From the NCBI GenBank assembly GCA_026025075.1, contig JAPEUI010000035.1, positions 1-64,000 of the forward strand: a stretch of 64,000 nt of DNA. Reading direction: 5' to 3'. The notes below the pieces were generated by a model. It saw only the letters and a list, made by a program, of their open reading frames with translations, did no database searches and had not been told where the DNA came from. Source of the DNA: Vezdaea acicularis. Lineage: Eukaryota. A program made the translations under genes and the position numbers. This document shows, in pieces, positions 62,501 through 64,000 of this stretch; within the stretch, counting starts at the first letter, position 1, and each line of letters opens with the position of its first letter.

Positions 62501-63795
62501 ACCAAAAGCCTTTGGAGTTGCTCTGCCGCCCTTCCCTCGTCTCCGTCGTTGGCATCCAAAGCCTTCTCGCACAGTTCTGAGGCGTAGCCCGCTGCAGCTA
62601 GACGTTTGACGATGCTCTCTTTCTTGAGATTGCCGCTCGCCATGCTGATTCCAGCCGTGTATCCCTCAGGCAAACTCCAAGGCGGCAGATCGTCTTCGGG
62701 GACATGGATGAGTAACCACTCCAGCGTCTCTTCCCGGTCTTTGCATTCAGCCACAGCTTCCTCGACGTGACTTTTCCGGAATCCAAGACTCGAAAACTCT
62801 TTGACAATCTGAAGCTTTCTTTCGTTGGTGATCTGAACAGCATGAGGGTTCCAAACGGCATTCTTCCTGATCAGGCTCTCCATCTGCGTCCTTATTCTCT
62901 TGCCCAGATCGATCTTCGGAACCTTTTCCCAGCCCCTCATAGGGTTTCCGGCGCGATGCTGTCCATCCGAGGCCCCTTGAAGACCCGTCGACGCAAGTAG
63001 CCCACCAGGTCGCGTCGCCTGCTTTGCCGCCAACTTCTCCTTCTCCGCTCTCTTCTTCGCCATCGCAATCTTCGCCTCCTCTCTCTCGCGCAGCGTAGCA
63101 AACGGGTCCGCGGCATACATCCACGCTTTCCCTTCCTTCGCATCCTCCTTCTTCAGCTCCTCGAACTCGCCTTTCCACAAGCCGCGGTGGTTGGGGGGAA
63201 GCATCAGTTGGAGGTTGCGCATACTGCAGACGCGAAAGAGCGCATATGTAGCAGCAAAATTTCGCGCTTCTACCGCTGTGGGTTGGACTGCGAGACCCTT
63301 GTGTGATGGCGGGAGCTTGAAGGGAGGAATATTCGTGACTTCCTTCGTCTTAGGGTTTATGCATTTCAGCGTGACCATCGACGAGTAGCCTTCGGCATCT
63401 TTCCTCTATAAAAGCGCCCCGTCAGCCATACGAACATGACCTGTAGTCATATATTAGATGCTCACCATGCTGTATTCCGGTTTCTCCCATCTCTGCTTCT
63501 GGCAGTGCTCCGAGAGCAGCGCCGTAGGAAGTTTGCCCGTCCAAGACTGCCCCGCCACCACCTGCTTATTCGTTGGTTTCTTGGGCGTTGCATCTTCTAA
63601 GGCAGCCTGGGGCACTTGGGGGCCGACACGCGCGTCTTTGGCCTTGTCAGCGTTGTCAATGGCGATTTCGGCTTTCGTTCTCGTCTTCGAGTTGGAGAAG
63701 ACAATGAAGCTATCGTCTTCATCCGCCGGCTTGGGGGGGACGGGCTTGGTCTTGCCACCGCCACTGCCTCGGCTGGGATGCTTGCTCTTGGCCAT
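59510..63795 (-). CDS. DEAH-box RNA helicase, DHX57/Ylr419w/Ucp12-like with UBA and RWD regions (3 exons)
   Basis: GETGSGKST, CTQPRRISA, DEVH, MSAT, TNVAETSITI, QRRGRAGR and WLLIHVPEDDLP. Confidence 0.93.
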
Positions 63796-64000
63796 CTTCG
63801 GAGAGCGGCTCCTCTCTGTTTCCCCAAAGTCTCGATCCGCCGGTCCATGTAGATCTCGAGGTGGGGGCGTGGCGTATTTAATACTTGATCGAGAAAAGAA
63901 AATGTCAAGTGCCTCGCGAATCTCTAGGATGCATCTCGAGAACTCGCCACCATCATCATAGGTTAGGATTAACCCCACTACGGTGGTGAATCAGCCACAA

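Overview
Gene-dense region of a filamentous ascomycete (Pezizomycotina-type) genome, judged from short GT-AG introns, gene content and RIP-like decay of repeats. It holds about 25 protein genes: AIM6-like phosphodiesterase, rhomboid protease, DNA polymerase delta, cyanase, phospholipase D, Ybp1-like protein, POT1, importin-alpha, UreD, cohesin Scc3, TFIIIC Tfc3, Ubc6/UBE2J-like E2, Pfa3, TRAP-alpha/Irc22, aprataxin, a DHX57-like helicase and several hypotheticals. There is also an intron-containing tRNA-Ser(CGA). Four items are missing from, or not evident in, the ORF track. (1) A tiny spliced gene at 23003-23154 encodes the 30-aa CaaX peptide MQPFTTISIAEEVPQPVNEDGHGYGGCSIM, a candidate a-factor-like lipopeptide mating pheromone. 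It has a TATA-like box, a 5'UTR intron and clustered HMG-box-like promoter motifs, and lies next to the cyanase-PLD pair. (2) A decayed Tc1/mariner (DD34E) element at 46633-50246 carries six solo LTRs, five with exact or near-exact 5-bp TSDs and two nested in an older one. (3) An intronless ORF of at least 320 codons runs off the left edge, preceded by a perfect 18-bp inverted repeat. (4) PLD has a GC-AG intron and a stop-free in-frame intron, and Tfc3 has an exact 3 x 49-aa repeat. All family assignments come from motif recognition by eye; no searches were run.
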